Source of the DNA: Clostridia bacterium
Lineage (GTDB): Bacteria; Bacillota; Clostridia; Oscillospirales; CAG-272
NCBI GenBank assembly: GCA_017621695.1
Contig: JAGASP010000127.1
Span: 2,681-66,680, forward strand
Reading direction: 5' to 3'
Length of the DNA stretch: 64,000 nt
Every line of letters begins with the position of its first letter. Within the stretch, counting starts at the first letter, position 1. A program made the position numbers and the translations under genes. The notes under the pieces were generated by a model that saw nothing but the letters and a program-made list of their open reading frames with translations, was not told the DNA's origin and made no database searches. Of this stretch, positions 62,557 through 64,000 are shown piece after piece.

Positions 62557-62835
62557 ATGAGCATCCAAGAAGTAAATCGTATCAAAAATCACTACCCTCC
62601 CGGAACTCGTATCGAGCTCATAGCGATGAACGATCCCTACGATCCCGTGCCATCAGGCACAAGAGGAACAGTCGAGCATGTTGACGATGACGGTCAACTG
62701 CATATGAAATGGGATAACGGTCGTACACTTGCCGCCGTTCCCGGCGTGGATAGTTTCCGCAAACTCACTCCCGAAGAAATCCAAGCTGAAAGTCATACGG
62801 AAGATATATCCGAAGACAATCCTATCAGCATGTAA
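62557..62835 (+). CDS. DUF4314-like small protein
   Basis: SD GAAAGGAGA. YPPGTRIELIAMNDPYDPVPSGTRGTVEHVDDDGQLHMKWDNGRTLAAVPGVDSFRKL matches my recollection of the DUF4314 pattern common in Firmicutes mobile elements. Confidence 0.55.
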   Translation: MSIQEVNRIKNHYPPGTRIELIAMNDPYDPVPSGTRGTVEHVDDDGQLHMKWDNGRTLAAVPGVDSFRKLTPEEIQAESHTEDISEDNPISM

Positions 62836-62868
62836 GGGGGTGGGATCATAACAATTAAATATATTGAC

Positions 62869-63951
62869 ATGTTCGCCGGCATTGGTGGATTCCGCACAGG
62901 ACTCGCTAATGTCGGCGATTTTTTTGTCCCCGTAGGTTTCTGTGAAATAGATAAATACGCACAGAGAGCCTACCGCGCATTATACAGAACAGGAGGTGAA
63001 TATTTCTGCGATGATGCCACACGAATTAACACCGATGAACTACCCGACATTGATCTCATTTGCGCAGGATTTCCTTGTCAGCCTTTCTCAGTCAGCGGAC
63101 GGCGACTTGGCTTTGCCGACACCCGAGGAACTCTCTTTCATGAAATCACAAGGGTGGCTGAAGCCAAACGGCCTAAGTATCTTCTCCTTGAAAACGTGCC
63201 GGGGATTCTCAATCACTCCCACGGGCAAACTTGGAGAACTATCCTCTATGAGATTTCAAAACTCGGGTATTGTGTTCAATATGGTGTGCTTAACTCAGCG
63301 TATTTCGGAGTCCCACAGCAACGAAAGCGCGTGTACGCTTTCGGATATCTTGATCCAAGACTGTCCGGAAAAATACTTCCTATCGGAGAAGGCAGTGCGG
63401 AAACTCTTAAACAACTCGTCGCAGGCAGCCAAGGTTGCCGAATCTACGGAATTGACGGAGTCAGCACCTGCATCACATCCCAAGGAGGTGGCTGGGGAGC
63501 CAAAACAGGACTCTACTTTGTTGACATGAATCCAAACCCCATGGTAACGCATCACGCAAGATGTATCACCGCAAGACAGGACTCGGGCATCAGCAAACAC
63601 AGAGGCGAGCACTCGGGCGTTATCATAACTGATGCAAGAGCTGTTATTACTCCCTTCAGGGAAAACATAAGGCAGCAAGGAAGGCGAATTAAGGAGCCTA
63701 ACGAGCCGATGTTCACTCTCACGGCACAAGACCGCATGGGAGTCGAGTACAACGGCTTGGTGCGCCGTTTAACGCCTCTTGAATGCTTCCGCTTACAAGG
63801 ATATTCTGACGAGCAATTCAATACGCTCGTAGATATCGGAATTCCCGAAAGTCAGTTATACAAGATGGCTGGTAATTCTGTAACCACCAATGTTGTAACG
63901 GCAATCGGCAACAGACTAATTCAAGTATTAAAGGAGATCGAAAATGGTTAA
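62869..63951 (+). CDS. dcm: DNA (cytosine-5)-methyltransferase
   Basis: Motif I (D)MFAGIGGF, motif IV GFPCQPFS, motif VI LLENVPG, motif VIII QQRKRVY and motif X GNSV. The open frame extends upstream to 62836 with no canonical start (see findings). Confidence 0.9.
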   Translation: MFAGIGGFRTGLANVGDFFVPVGFCEIDKYAQRAYRALYRTGGEYFCDDATRINTDELPDIDLICAGFPCQPFSVSGRRLGFADTRGTLFHEITRVAEAKRPKYLLLENVPGILNHSHGQTWRTILYEISKLGYCVQYGVLNSAYFGVPQQRKRVYAFGYLDPRLSGKILPIGEGSAETLKQLVAGSQGCRIYGIDGVSTCITSQGGGWGAKTGLYFVDMNPNPMVTHHARCITARQDSGISKHRGEHSGVIITDARAVITPFRENIRQQGRRIKEPNEPMFTLTAQDRMGVEYNGLVRRLTPLECFRLQGYSDEQFNTLVDIGIPESQLYKMAGNSVTTNVVTAIGNRLIQVLKEIENG

Positions 63952-64000
63952 AAAAATCACTACCACTGAACTCAGGCAAGGCAAGATCAACGGCGGTATT
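63944..64000 (+). CDS. Start of a further ORF (partial, 19 codons)
   Basis: ATG 63944 lies 7 nt after AAGGAG and overlaps the dcm stop (ATGGTTAA). It reads MVKKITTTELRQGKINGGI... and runs off the window. Confidence 0.4.
   Translation, partial: MVKKITTTELRQGKINGGI

Larger units (their letters stand above)
62275..64000. mobile_element. Left edge of a probable integrative/conjugative or phage-derived element (continues past the window)
   Basis: It lies directly downstream of a tRNA pair. It contains a T-arm/acceptor-like fragment at 62286-62308 (minus strand), a DUF4314-like gene and a Dcm methyltransferase with tightly coupled small genes. No integrase lies within the window. Confidence 0.35.

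Overview
This 64-kb window looks like chromosomal DNA from a Firmicutes/Clostridia-type anaerobe. That is an inference from near-consensus TTGACA-N17-TATAAT promoters, AGGAGG-type ribosome-binding sites, CCA-encoding tRNAs and many lipobox signal peptides. I can support about 35 protein genes, 2 tRNA genes, 1 gene remnant, roughly 20 promoters and terminators, and several repeat families. Left to right: (1) two minus-strand glycoside-hydrolase genes, one partial CBM32/CBM6/GH2-like and one GH51-like. (2) A nine-gene plus-strand operon (4.4-18.4 kb): membrane protein, MoxR AAA+ ATPase, DUF58, two membrane vWA proteins and three lipoproteins, one carrying eight ~50-aa His/Cys repeats. (3) An OmpR-type response regulator and histidine kinase pair. 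(4) A 16.8-kb carbohydrate block (DUF4091/GH123-like, AraC regulator, CBM-rich lipoprotein, two giant surface enzymes, an orphan solute-binding lipoprotein, GH2). It is bracketed by a perfect 22-bp direct repeat of the 3' end of a RumA-type rRNA methyltransferase gene and contains no integrase. (5) Minus-strand genes for RumA, three hypotheticals, a metallophosphoesterase and an ArsB/NhaD-type permease. (6) A second lipoprotein-rich carbohydrate block: a 1430-aa lipoprotein, GH43, a LamG lipoprotein, a GH43 remnant, an MBL-LamG lipoprotein, and a secreted/cytoplasmic pair of paralogous WNEW-type barrels. (7) A visibly AT-richer 4-kb segment (58.2-62.3 kb) with two minus-strand genes. Each is preceded by the same promoter-operator-leader module and by a nested hairpin-ladder array. 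(8) tRNA-Leu(UAA) and initiator tRNA-Met. (9) The start of a mobile-element-like region (DUF4314-like gene, Dcm methyltransferase). I saw no rRNA, CRISPR array, cas gene, transposase or integrase. The best candidates for new biology are the MoxR/vWA operon with its Cys/His-rich lipoprotein cargo, the shared C-terminal GC-x-SA sorting-signal-like tails, the integrase-less island at the rumA 3' end, and the twin regulatory modules with hairpin ladders. All functional calls come from motif recognition by eye. No database search was run.
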